64,000 bases of DNA from the IMG/VR virus record IMGVR_UViG_3300029258_001513; one strand, 5' to 3'. The position numbers and the translations under genes are program-made. Below the pieces are notes generated by a model. That model saw only the letters and a list, made by a program, of their open reading frames with translations, was not told where the DNA came from and made no database searches. The DNA is from an uncultured virus (IMG/VR IMGVR_UViG_3300029258_001513). Taxonomy: Duplodnaviria > Heunggongvirae > Uroviricota > Caudoviricetes. Positions 35,112-44,164 of this stretch are shown here, piece by piece (positions within the stretch are counted from its first letter, which is position 1; each line of letters begins with the position of its first letter).

Positions 35112-37277
35112 ATGATGGTGCGTGGTCAGGCGAGTTATTACACGGAGACAGAGGCACAGGATGCCATGTCTGTCGTGGCTGGTTGGATTGGACGGAACCG
35201 GGGAATCAAGGTCCAGTATCACGGCGGCACGGTCGTTGACGCCGACATTCGCAAGGGAATCGTTCGCATCCCCCGTCTTGCCTGTGCTTCCGGTATCACT
35301 CAGGAAGCCCTGATGCTGCTCCGTCACCGTGTCTATCACGAGTCCGGTCACATTTCCGAAACCGACGTGGATAAGCCTGCCGGTGCTCTCGGCGAAATCA
35401 TGAACGCTCTTGAAGACCGCCGAATGGAAGCGGTCACTGCCGACAAGCACAAGGGTTGCGAGTACGTCTTCCGGTGGGGGAACGAGTGGTACAATCGGGA
35501 CATCGCAGGCAAGGCTATCGAGGGCAAGATAAACGCTCCCCTGTGGGAAGCTCTTGTTGCGATGGGCTTCATGTCGGATGGGATGCAGCCCTTGTGGGAG
35601 CCGTCCAAGAAAGCCAGTGCGTACATCAAGGCTGCCTATGACGAGTTTGCCAAGGTTCGCTTGTGCAGGTCCGCTCGTGAGTGCCGGGATTTGGCGGAGA
35701 AGATTCTGGCACTCCTGAAAGACGCCAACGAACAGTACAAGAAAGAGAATCCGCCTCAGCCGCAAGGTCCGGGTCAGCCGCAGGAACAGCCTAAGCAGGA
35801 TGGGGAACCGCAGGAACAGGATGGGGAACCGCAAGCTGGTGGGCAGGGTGACTTGGACGAGGAAGAATCGGAAAGCAAGTCGCAGAAATCCAAGAGCAAG
35901 TCGAAGTCCAAGGAAGATTCGGAAGACGAATCCGATGAAGACAAGTCCAGTGGTTCCGGCTCTGGTGATTCCGAACCCGATGAAGATGAGGGCGAGGACG
36001 AGTCCGATGGTGGCAGTGACGGCAAAGGTGATGACGAGGAAGGCGAGAACAAAGACGGCAAAGGCGATGAGGATGACGAGGAAGACGGGGACGAGTCCGA
36101 GGGTTCTTCCGAGGGTGACGAGGAAGATGGGGACGAGCAGGACAATTCCTCTGCCGATGATTCAGACGAGTCGGATACAGGTGATGATTCCGATAGTTCC
36201 GAGGGCAAGCCGGAGCCCGGTTCTGATGACGGCGATTACAACCCGGACGATTCCCTTCATGGCAAGGACGGCAAGGATGGTGAGGGAGAGAAAGACGACG
36301 AGTGGAACGACACCAACCTTGAGGATGAGTTGGACGGTGAGTCCCGCGAGGAAGCCATCAACGAAGCCATCAAGGAATACTTCGATGAACTCGACCCGAA
36401 AGACACGGAGTACCTGAGCCGTCGTGACCTTGACGAGCACACCATTCCCGTCACGCATGACGGGGACAAGGAAGAATTCAAGAACGAACGTGAGATGGTT
36501 GCCGTGATGGTTGCGTCCATGACCCGTGCTCTGGAGCAAGCTCTCCGGTCGCTGTCCCGGTGCCGTCGTGTTGGTTATCTTCCGCAGGGTCGTATCGACC
36601 GCAAGCGTCTGACGGCGATTGCCAAGGGGCTGAGCAAGGAAGTCTTCTACAAGGTGCGTGATGGGCAGCACATGGAAGTGGCTGTGGAAATCATCATCGA
36701 CGAGTCGGGTTCGATGGGTAACTATATGGCTGTCCGTTTGCTGGCTATCATCATTGGTGAAGCTCTGAATGCGATTGGCGTCCCGTTTGAAATCACGGGT
36801 ACGACAACGAAGTTCGGGTGGGGCGGGTATTCAATGCCTCCGCTGGACGGCATGACTCGCACGAATCCGATTTGCTACCAGCACTACGTTCAGTTCGGCG
36901 AGACGTGGGATGCTGTGCGTCACCGTCTGGTTCACACGGGGCATCATAACAACAACATCGACGGCGAGGCGGTTGAATACTGTGTGTTCCGTCTGCTTCA
37001 GCGTCCTGAACGTCGCAAGGTTGTGTTCTCCCTTAGTGATGGGGAACCGTGCGGTGGTCAGGGCAACGATTCGGCTCTTGGCGTGAACATCAAGCGGGTG
37101 TGTGCCCGTGCCCGTAAACAGGGTGTGGAAGTCTATGGATTTGGGATTCAGACCCGAGCCCCGGCTATGTTCTACGGTGAGAAGAACTTCGTGTATCTGG
37201 ACAACCCGACCACGATGAGTCAGCAGTTCCTTGTCAAGCTGGCGGAGGTGGTTACGGGCGGTCAAGTGAGGGTGTGA
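35112..37277 (+). CDS. CobT-like protein: HExxH domain, long acidic linker, C-terminal VWA
   Basis: YHESGH..NALEDRRME; D/E/S/G-rich linker; MIDAS DESGSM..; LSDGEP. Confidence 0.88.
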   Translation: MMVRGQASYYTETEAQDAMSVVAGWIGRNRGIKVQYHGGTVVDADIRKGIVRIPRLACASGITQEALMLLRHRVYHESGHISETDVDKPAGALGEIMNALEDRRMEAVTADKHKGCEYVFRWGNEWYNRDIAGKAIEGKINAPLWEALVAMGFMSDGMQPLWEPSKKASAYIKAAYDEFAKVRLCRSARECRDLAEKILALLKDANEQYKKENPPQPQGPGQPQEQPKQDGEPQEQDGEPQAGGQGDLDEEESESKSQKSKSKSKSKEDSEDESDEDKSSGSGSGDSEPDEDEGEDESDGGSDGKGDDEEGENKDGKGDEDDEEDGDESEGSSEGDEEDGDEQDNSSADDSDESDTGDDSDSSEGKPEPGSDDGDYNPDDSLHGKDGKDGEGEKDDEWNDTNLEDELDGESREEAINEAIKEYFDELDPKDTEYLSRRDLDEHTIPVTHDGDKEEFKNEREMVAVMVASMTRALEQALRSLSRCRRVGYLPQGRIDRKRLTAIAKGLSKEVFYKVRDGQHMEVAVEIIIDESGSMGNYMAVRLLAIIIGEALNAIGVPFEITGTTTKFGWGGYSMPPLDGMTRTNPICYQHYVQFGETWDAVRHRLVHTGHHNNNIDGEAVEYCVFRLLQRPERRKVVFSLSDGEPCGGQGNDSALGVNIKRVCARARKQGVEVYGFGIQTRAPAMFYGEKNFVYLDNPTTMSQQFLVKLAEVVTGGQVRV

Positions 37278-37810
37278 TGAAGCGGAACTTGGTAGCACAC
37301 AATCAGGAAGGCTCGTCGGACAAGCTGTACATGTTCTGCATTCGCAGGGACCGTTCCGGCGGCTACACCGTTCTTGGCAAGTGGGGACGGAGAGGGAAGA
37401 AAAACCTGCAACAGCAGACCAAGCTGACGACGAACAATGAAGCGGCTGCCGTAGCCGAGCAACGCAGGTTGTTCAAGAGCAAGCTCAAGCGTGGCTACGT
37501 GGATATCGAGTCGCCCGACTACACGGGTCCGCTGTCGATGGCTTCGCCGGAAGTGAAGGCAAACCTAGAGGGTTCGGACGTTGTGGTTGCTCCCAAGCCG
37601 AAGCCCCCGAAGTCCAAGCCGAAGACTAACGACTCCGGGGAAGTCATTGTGGAGTGCGTGGACAATTCCGGGATGGAAGACAAGTTCGATGCCGGGATTG
37701 AGTACGTGGGCGAGATTCACGACGATGACTCTCTCGTGTGGGTGTATGATAAGTTGGGGCACAGGCAGGAGTGCTTTGCGGAGCGGTTCAAGGTTTTGGA
37801 GAACGCATGA
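37274..37810 (+). CDS. WGR-domain protein with C-terminal SH3-like module
   Basis: SDKLY..KWGRRG..KLKRGY; VECVDN.G..F..G.EY..VYDK.G..ECF..RF. Confidence 0.8.
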   Translation: MMKRNLVAHNQEGSSDKLYMFCIRRDRSGGYTVLGKWGRRGKKNLQQQTKLTTNNEAAAVAEQRRLFKSKLKRGYVDIESPDYTGPLSMASPEVKANLEGSDVVVAPKPKPPKSKPKTNDSGEVIVECVDNSGMEDKFDAGIEYVGEIHDDDSLVWVYDKLGHRQECFAERFKVLENA

Positions 37811-38316
37811 ATGGGTGCCGTACATGCAAGTACATGATGATGCACGAATTCCACAACCATAGGGGCGAGAAGGTCTTCCGGGTTACCTGTCAGAATTGTG
37901 GTCGTGCCGTGGTGTGTGGTTCGTCCCGAGACGCTCACAAGGCGGTTATGGGGGCTTGTCATTGTGACGGCTGGCAGCGTGTTGGTGACAATATCTCCGA
38001 GGGGAACAAGGACGAGGAATTGGATTACGGCAAGACGGGAAAGCCCATGTTCTGGAAACCCGAGCCCGGTGAGAAAGCTATTGTTCGTGTCATGGAGCCG
38101 GACAACATCGTGGAGTGTGTGGACAACACGGGCGTCGAAGCACAGTTCGATTTGGGGGTGGAGTACATCTTCGAGGGCAAGTCCACAGGTGACATGATTT
38201 CAGTGTATGATAAGACCGGGGTTCTGCGGGAGTGTTTCGCTTCCCGCTTTCGGGTCAAGTCAACTTCGGAATTGATGACACACATGAAGCACGTGAAGAA
38301 GTTGGTGGAAGCATGA
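37807..38316 (+). CDS. Cys-rich protein with the same SH3-like module
   Basis: VECVDNTGVEAQFDLGVEY..VYDKTG..ECFASRF. Confidence 0.75.
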   Translation: MNGCRTCKYMMMHEFHNHRGEKVFRVTCQNCGRAVVCGSSRDAHKAVMGACHCDGWQRVGDNISEGNKDEELDYGKTGKPMFWKPEPGEKAIVRVMEPDNIVECVDNTGVEAQFDLGVEYIFEGKSTGDMISVYDKTGVLRECFASRFRVKSTSELMTHMKHVKKLVEA

Positions 38317-38978
38317 TATTCGCACGATACAAGGGAAGTGGTTACGAGTTCACGACGGGCCGGGTTTACCTTGCTGTCCCGGAAATGAACGGTGGCGAGA
38401 CTGTGGGCTTCGGTTCTCTCTCCATCGTCTCTGACGACGGGACGGTGGTCAAGGTGAATCCCGATGATGAATCATTCGAGTATTTTGACGAAGCCTATGC
38501 TGTGGTTTGCGAGCCTGTTGAGAAAGAGGACTGGGAGACCGGAGAGATTGTCGTGGTCACCGATGCCACGAGAGATGCCGGGTCCGAAAGGCTGTACTAC
38601 AGGGTGAAGGGCGTCGGTCTCTATCGTGCTGAGCATTTTGTCCTGCTGGACCACACGAACGTCTTTCCGGGTCTGGTGGTCATGGACGCTTCGACGGGAC
38701 AGTGGAAGAAGGTCATGCGGGTGGACGAGTGCTTGTGGATGATGGTGGAGAACGGGGACGCTTATCGTGCCCCCGAGGAGTTCAGGTTTGCCGTGGCGGG
38801 GAACGACATCCTCACGGAGCCTCTTGCCCGGTGTGTCATGGCTGACGGGGAACCCGCATTGACTAGGGGACGCCTTTACCGTCTCGCATGGACCAATGAA
38901 AACGGTACGGTGATTGTTGCCGATGATGACAACGTGGCTCGTGAGTTTATGGCTGACCGTTTCGTTATGGGAGAGTGA
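38313..38978 (+). CDS. protein of tandem SH3-like modules
   Basis: FTTGRVY..DDG; RCVMADG..LTRGRLY..DDD..EFMADRF. Confidence 0.7.
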   Translation: MIFARYKGSGYEFTTGRVYLAVPEMNGGETVGFGSLSIVSDDGTVVKVNPDDESFEYFDEAYAVVCEPVEKEDWETGEIVVVTDATRDAGSERLYYRVKGVGLYRAEHFVLLDHTNVFPGLVVMDASTGQWKKVMRVDECLWMMVENGDAYRAPEEFRFAVAGNDILTEPLARCVMADGEPALTRGRLYRLAWTNENGTVIVADDDNVAREFMADRFVMGE

Positions 38979-38985
38979 TTTTCTT

Positions 38986-39013
38986 TCAGAATCCTCAGCC
39001 CCTCGTGCAATGA
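38986..39013 (+). promoter_or_regulatory. TCAGAAT-N12-GTGCAATG motif, copy 7
   Basis: Intergenic, upstream of AAA gene. Confidence 0.75.
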
Positions 39014-39039
39014 GGGTGTAGAGAGCAACTGAGGAGGGT

Positions 39040-40242
39040 ATGATGAGTGATATTGATAAGTTAGTCGAGCGGGTTGAGAACCTACTGGGCGGCAACGAAC
39101 GGGTCGAGATTGACATGGCTGACCCGGCGATTGCCGACATCGTCGTCGAACTCAAGAAGGCGAAGCCGCGTCTGGCCATGACGAAAAAGGGCCTGTGCGT
39201 GGACTTCCCTCCGTCGGGTTCGACAATCATGACTGTCTCCAAGATTTCGGCAAAGGTCGGCTCTACGTCCGCATCGAAATCCCCCGAGAAAAAGGCGAAG
39301 GCTCCGACAAAGCGTCCGGTGCCGAAACGCCATCAGCACAGTTACATGCCTCCGAAGATTGCTCAGGACATCATCGGAGTGCTGACTGACGAAGCCTCTC
39401 ACATCACTCAGCTTGTCGGTCCTACGGGTTGTGGCAAGTCTACGCTGGTCCGTTATCTGGGTGAGGCTCTTGGTCGCAAGGTGTTCCAAATCAACTGCCG
39501 TGGCGACATGGGTTCCGAGGCGTTCGTGGGCGACAAGACCGTCGTGGTGGACGAGGATACCGGACAGAACAAGATTGTGTATCAGCCCGGCGTCATCGAG
39601 CAGGCGATGGTTGAAGGTCTCGACGAGAACGGTCAGGAAGTCGGCGAACCCGGCATCCTGTTCATCGACGAGATTCCGGCTGCCCCGGCTCGTGTCGCTC
39701 ACGTTCTGAACCGTTTGTTCGAGAGTGACGACCCTCGTCGGACGCTGGTGCTGGACATTGACGGCGGTCGGGTTATCCGTTCGCACAGTGGTCTCCGCAT
39801 CATCGTCGCCGGGAATACGGTCGGGCGTGGTGCGACCTCGATGGAGCAGACTGCGTACACGGCCCAGTTGGATGCTCTGGACCTGTCGCTCCTGTCCCGT
39901 GTCGCGGTCACGTTCCGCATGGGCTATAACAAGCCTGTTGAGAAACACATTCTCGCGGAGAAGGTTGGCGATGACAGTGTGGCTCGTCTGGTCCTGCGGT
40001 TCCGTGACGCGATTCGCGGACACATCAAGGCGGGCAAGCTGACGACGCCCTTCACGACTCGTCACATCATCACGATTGCGGACATGTACCGGATTTTCGG
40101 GGACATGTGCAAGGCGGTTTACTACTCCGTGGTCGAGCAACTCATGCCGGAAGAGCGTGCGGTGTACAACGAGACCGCGATGGCGGTTTTCGGCAAGGAT
40201 ATGCTCCAGCAGTTCGTGGATAACGAGCAGGATTATATGTAG
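39040..40242 (+). CDS. MoxR/CobS/CbbQ-like AAA+ ATPase
   Basis: Walker A GPTGCGKS, Walker B LFIDE, AGNT.GRG, LLSR, TTR. Confidence 0.92.
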   Translation: MMSDIDKLVERVENLLGGNERVEIDMADPAIADIVVELKKAKPRLAMTKKGLCVDFPPSGSTIMTVSKISAKVGSTSASKSPEKKAKAPTKRPVPKRHQHSYMPPKIAQDIIGVLTDEASHITQLVGPTGCGKSTLVRYLGEALGRKVFQINCRGDMGSEAFVGDKTVVVDEDTGQNKIVYQPGVIEQAMVEGLDENGQEVGEPGILFIDEIPAAPARVAHVLNRLFESDDPRRTLVLDIDGGRVIRSHSGLRIIVAGNTVGRGATSMEQTAYTAQLDALDLSLLSRVAVTFRMGYNKPVEKHILAEKVGDDSVARLVLRFRDAIRGHIKAGKLTTPFTTRHIITIADMYRIFGDMCKAVYYSVVEQLMPEERAVYNETAMAVFGKDMLQQFVDNEQDYM

Positions 40243-40285
40243 GACGTGAAACAGAAATCCTCCATCGGTTGCTCTCGATAGAGGT

Positions 40286-40323
40286 AGGAGGGCGGTTCCC
40301 GGATGGGGCCGCCTTCCTTGTTT
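40286..40323 (+). terminator. probable intrinsic terminator
   Basis: AGGAGGGCGGTTCC / GGGGCCGCCTTCCT hairpin then TGTTT. Confidence 0.6.
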
Positions 40324-40851
40324 ACGAGAAGAGCGCATTTTTTCTTGCAGGGTTTTCCAGAGTTCGTTATCTTATGCTCAGAATTGTTGGAGGTGTCTGT
40401 GATTTCCGACCCACACTCAATAGATGTCTCTTCTCACGACCGCTACCTTATCTACGAAATGCTGGACCGCGAAGTGTCTTTCGAGCACTCCAAAACTCGC
40501 AAGATGCACTCCGGCGTAGTCGAGCATGTCCTACGGGATATTTTCGACAATCAGGTTCATTTGACCTTGAATGGTCGGCTTTTCCAGTTCGATGAGCCTG
40601 TGGCTATTGTCCGAACATCAGATGGAGTAACGCCGTTCGGCACGGTTGTTTTCGTCTATGGGGACTTGGGTGCCGACCTGTCGGATGAGGAATTGTTCGA
40701 CCAGATGCGAGGCTCTTCTGAATTTTACGGGGAAACGGTAGATGACGTACTATCTCGCACGAGACCTAAAGTGCCACACGTCGTTCAATTCTACCTTGGG
40801 AAGCAAATCCCCCGTCGCCGTACATGGCGTATGAAAAAAGCCGCTTCCTGA
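40303..40851 (+). CDS. hypothetical protein (true start probably near 40399)
   Basis: GGAGGTG RBS before GTG 40399. Confidence 0.65.
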   Translation: MGPPSLFTRRAHFFLQGFPEFVILCSELLEVSVISDPHSIDVSSHDRYLIYEMLDREVSFEHSKTRKMHSGVVEHVLRDIFDNQVHLTLNGRLFQFDEPVAIVRTSDGVTPFGTVVFVYGDLGADLSDEELFDQMRGSSEFYGETVDDVLSRTRPKVPHVVQFYLGKQIPRRRTWRMKKAAS

Positions 40852-40869
40852 TTTTTCTCTTATCTTTTC

Positions 40870-40897
40870 TCAGAATCCTAGCCTTCTCGTGCAATGA
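40870..40897 (+). promoter_or_regulatory. TCAGAAT-N12-GTGCAATG motif, copy 8
   Basis: Intergenic. Confidence 0.75.
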
Positions 40898-40948
40898 GGG
40901 TTCAGGATGTTTTCGGGGTCGTAGTGTCGGTCTCGGGAGTATAATGAG

Positions 40949-42347
40949 GTGATGATGAAAAATCGAGCGATTGTGTGGTTGATGGCGGTTTGCTGTGCGG
41001 TTACAGCGTTGGGTGAACCTACCTTGCCTGATTATCGTAGCAAGTACGACCCTGTCCGACTACGAAAACTACGTGGCCAAGGCAGCGGAGTATCTGCGAA
41101 CAAAGGGAGACCTGAAAGGGTATCTCACGCTGGACTCCGAATTGAAGCGATTCCGCTCCTCGAACACCGTGTCCAACGAGCTTGCCGACGTGCATAGTCT
41201 CCTCGCCAATGCGGTTGCCCAGTGGAACGATGCGATGGGCAAGGCTCGGTCTCACCGCAACGAACGCAAAGCGTCTCTGATGAATGCGTATCTTTCGAGA
41301 CTTCGGGCAATCGTGCAGGAGTATACTGTCAGTGGAGACATTGAAGCGGCCAAGCGGTTTCAGGATGAAGTTGACCGCATGGAGTTCGTACTGGCTGAGT
41401 TTCAGGTCTCGCATCCGGTGGTGTCGGAGAGCATTAGCCCGGCAGAGGGAAGAAAGAGAATCCCGGAGGGGGCAGTTGAGTTCGGCGGGCATCATTACAA
41501 GGTCTTCCTCGAAGGTGAAGATTGGAGGACTGCAAAGGCAAAGTGTGAAGAGTTGGGCGGGCATCTCGTGACAATCACATCCGCATCCGAGAATGAGTGT
41601 GTTACGAAGATAGCAGGCAAGCAGCAAAGGATGTGGATTGGAGCATCTAACTCTATCAGGGGTAAATGGTCTTGGGTGACCGGGGAGAAGTTCGAGTTCT
41701 CCCCGTTAGGCCCCAGCATGGTGGGCAGGCAAGGACGTTACCTGTTCACACATGGAGAAAGAGGCACGGATTGGACGGGCCGCTGGTCTGACCGCTCCGA
41801 TGTCTATGACAGAGTCGATGGTTACATCTGCGAGTGGGACTCACATCAGCCCATGTCAATCGGCACTTCACCAGCTATGTCAACAAGGAGCAGAAACCCA
41901 GTGCCCTTGGGAACAAAGTCCTTTGGTGGACATCATTACAAGGTCTTCGTCGAAGGTGAGGACTGGAAGACTGCAAAGGCGAAGTGCGAGGAGATGGGCG
42001 GGCACCTCGTGACCATCACGAGTAGAGCCGAGCACGAGTTCCTCACACAGTTGCTCGGAAAGACCATTGTGCCTTCGCTGGTACGGGACAGGCTACTCAA
42101 GAGCCAGTGGGAGAATAGCTTTGGCGATAAAGGGCAAGTTGCGTATGCGTGGATGGGGTTCACTGATGACGCTAAGGAAGGGCAGTGGGAGTGGATAACG
42201 GGAGAACCTGTCACCTTTACGTCTTGGCGGAAGACGGAGCCCAACGGCAAGAGACGGCAGAACATCGCCCTATTCAACGCATGGGGAGGATGGGAAGCCC
42301 TGAAAGGGACAAGGCGGTATCCCTACACCTGCGAATGGGATTACTAG
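40949..42347 (+). pseudogene. secreted double C-type lectin domain protein, frame break near 41045
   Basis: Signal peptide in frame of 40949; body in frame of 40995 with two FGGHHYKVF..AKAKCE..GGHLVTITS..W.G..W.W.TGE..CEWD domains. Confidence 0.75.
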
Positions 42348-42358
42348 GACGTGGCGTG

Positions 42359-42961
42359 ATGAAAACGATGTACATTCTCAGGGGACCGTCCGGGGCGGGC
42401 AAGGGTCACTACATCAGGAACAGGCTGCTCGGGCCGGACAGTCAGGCTATCGTATGCAGTGCCGATGACTTTTTCATGCGCCCTGTTACTTGGACGGATG
42501 AGTGTGGTGTGTCTCAGACGGACTTCAGGTACGAGTTCGATGTCTCCAAGCTCCCGAAAGCCCACGCTGACTGCATGGGCCGGGTGCTTCAGGCGATGAT
42601 GCTCGGTCACGAGACCATCGTGGTGGACAATACTCACACTCGCAGGTGGGAGTATCTCAACTACGAGCGAGCCGGGCGATTGGCAGGGTACGAAGTCAAC
42701 ATCATCGAAATCGTCCCTCGCACCATCGACGAGCTTCGGCTGTGTGCCAGACGCAATGTTCACGGTGTCCCGGCGTCAGCGATTGCATCCATGATGATGC
42801 GGTTTGAGCCGGATACTCGGGCTGTCAGGGTTCCCATGAACGGGTGGCAGGAGGACGGCAAAAATGCCTCCGATGGGTCTCCGAAAAAATCGCAAAGGAC
42901 TTCAGAATCCGAGGCTCCTCGTGCAATGAGTGGTTATGACGGGAATGGACCCGTAACATAG
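42359..42961 (+). CDS. AAA_33 / N4BP2-like P-loop kinase
   Basis: ILRGPSGAGK, CSADDFF, IVVDNTHTRRWEY, RNVHGVP. Confidence 0.85.
   Translation: MKTMYILRGPSGAGKGHYIRNRLLGPDSQAIVCSADDFFMRPVTWTDECGVSQTDFRYEFDVSKLPKAHADCMGRVLQAMMLGHETIVVDNTHTRRWEYLNYERAGRLAGYEVNIIEIVPRTIDELRLCARRNVHGVPASAIASMMMRFEPDTRAVRVPMNGWQEDGKNASDGSPKKSQRTSESEAPRAMSGYDGNGPVT
42902..42929 (+). promoter_or_regulatory. TCAGAAT-N12-GTGCAATG motif, copy 9
   Basis: In tail of upstream ORF, before RBS of 42973. Confidence 0.75.
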
Positions 42962-42972
42962 GAGGTCGTAAG

Positions 42973-44076
42973 ATGAGCGGCGAGAATGCGATAGGTGTGA
43001 ATGTCTGGTGGCATGTGCCCGAGGTTGCCGTGGAAGTGGGAGTGGCGAAAAACGCTCTGGAGTCCCACGGCTTTTCGGTTGATGCCATGAAGGAGCCGTC
43101 CCGGCGTAACGAGGTGAGCCGGGCTGTGCGTTCCTTGCAGGACTGTCGGACGCGGGACCAGCAGACGATTGCCCGCCCCACGAACGACAACGGTGTTGCC
43201 GTGACCTATGGCGTGCTGGATGAGGGTCACGTGGACGACGATACTGTCGAGTTCAAGCAGGGCACGACCGTTCGGCTGAACAAGGAAACGGGAGAAGTGG
43301 GCGTCGAGGGTTGTCACGCCGATGCGGTCGAGGAAGCCATCCGGCACTACACGGGCAAGATTACCGACGAAGACATTCGCATATTCCTGCGTATGATTAT
43401 TCGTAAGTGCCGTGGCGTTGCGAAGCGTCCGACTGGCGGCATCTACTTCGTCCCGGAACGGTTCACCGCCCTCATTGAGCGGGCACAGTCTGTACTGGAT
43501 GCGATGAACTGCGGTGCCCTCATTTACATCGAGGGTGTCGTCAACGGTATCCGCGAGCGTCAGAACGTGTGGACAGCCGTCGAGCGTGAAATCGGTTCGG
43601 AACTGGACAAGGCTTTGGCATCGGTGGACCGCATCAGCCGCAGCACCAAGTGCCTGAAGGGACACGAGGCGAAAATCGCAAGTCTCCAGCAGATGATGGA
43701 AGTCTATACGGCTCTGCTCGGCGAGCAGGCGGAGTACGAAGCGATTGCGGAGCGTATCTCCGGTGCCGTTGAAACGGTTGCCCACAAGCTGACCGAGCTT
43801 CAGGCGGGGACGGCTTCGGTGGTCAAGCGTGTCGCCTCCAAGGGTTCTCGTGGTCCGACCATGTATGATGCGGCGGTTGACGTGCTGGTCAAGACGGGCA
43901 CGGCGATGAACTACCGTGACATCCTCAAGGCGATGGTCGAGGCGGGCACCTACGCCGAGTGCGAGACGGCGGTGGCTTCCGTGCGTGGGATGCTGCAACG
44001 CCGGGCAAAGGATGCCGACTCCCGCATCGAGAAGGTCGGTCGCGGGATGTACAAGGTGGTTCCGGTCGCAGCGTGA
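42973..44076 (+). CDS. DUF3150/DUF6744-like protein with C-terminal HARE-type winged HTH
   Basis: RPTGGIYFVP, coiled coil; DAAVDVL..MNYRDI..ASV..IEKVGRGMY. Confidence 0.65.
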   Translation: MSGENAIGVNVWWHVPEVAVEVGVAKNALESHGFSVDAMKEPSRRNEVSRAVRSLQDCRTRDQQTIARPTNDNGVAVTYGVLDEGHVDDDTVEFKQGTTVRLNKETGEVGVEGCHADAVEEAIRHYTGKITDEDIRIFLRMIIRKCRGVAKRPTGGIYFVPERFTALIERAQSVLDAMNCGALIYIEGVVNGIRERQNVWTAVEREIGSELDKALASVDRISRSTKCLKGHEAKIASLQQMMEVYTALLGEQAEYEAIAERISGAVETVAHKLTELQAGTASVVKRVASKGSRGPTMYDAAVDVLVKTGTAMNYRDILKAMVEAGTYAECETAVASVRGMLQRRAKDADSRIEKVGRGMYKVVPVAA

Positions 44077-44090
44077 GAATCGAATTCATG

Positions 44091-44115
44091 CCCCGGCGGG
44101 ACAATCCCGCCGGGG
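44091..44115 (+). terminator. GC-rich hairpin, probable terminator
   Basis: CCCCGGCGGGA-CAA-TCCCGCCGGGG; weak T tail. Confidence 0.6.
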
Positions 44116-44120
44116 TTGAT

Positions 44121-44148
44121 TCGGAATCCAGAGTCTTTCGTGCAATGA
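44121..44148 (+). promoter_or_regulatory. motif copy 10 (TCGGAAT-N12-GTGCAATG variant)
   Basis: One mismatch; between hairpin and ligase RBS. Confidence 0.7.
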
Positions 44149-44164
44149 CAGGGTAGAGGAAAAC

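Noticed and set aside
37890..40384. TCAGAAT half-sites at 37890 and 40378
   Set aside because: No GTGCAATG at the 12-nt spacing; not counted
40995..42347. Diversity-generating retroelement target (lectin with internal repeat)
   Set aside because: Both repeats are coding, differences are not adenine-specific, and no reverse transcriptase is in the window
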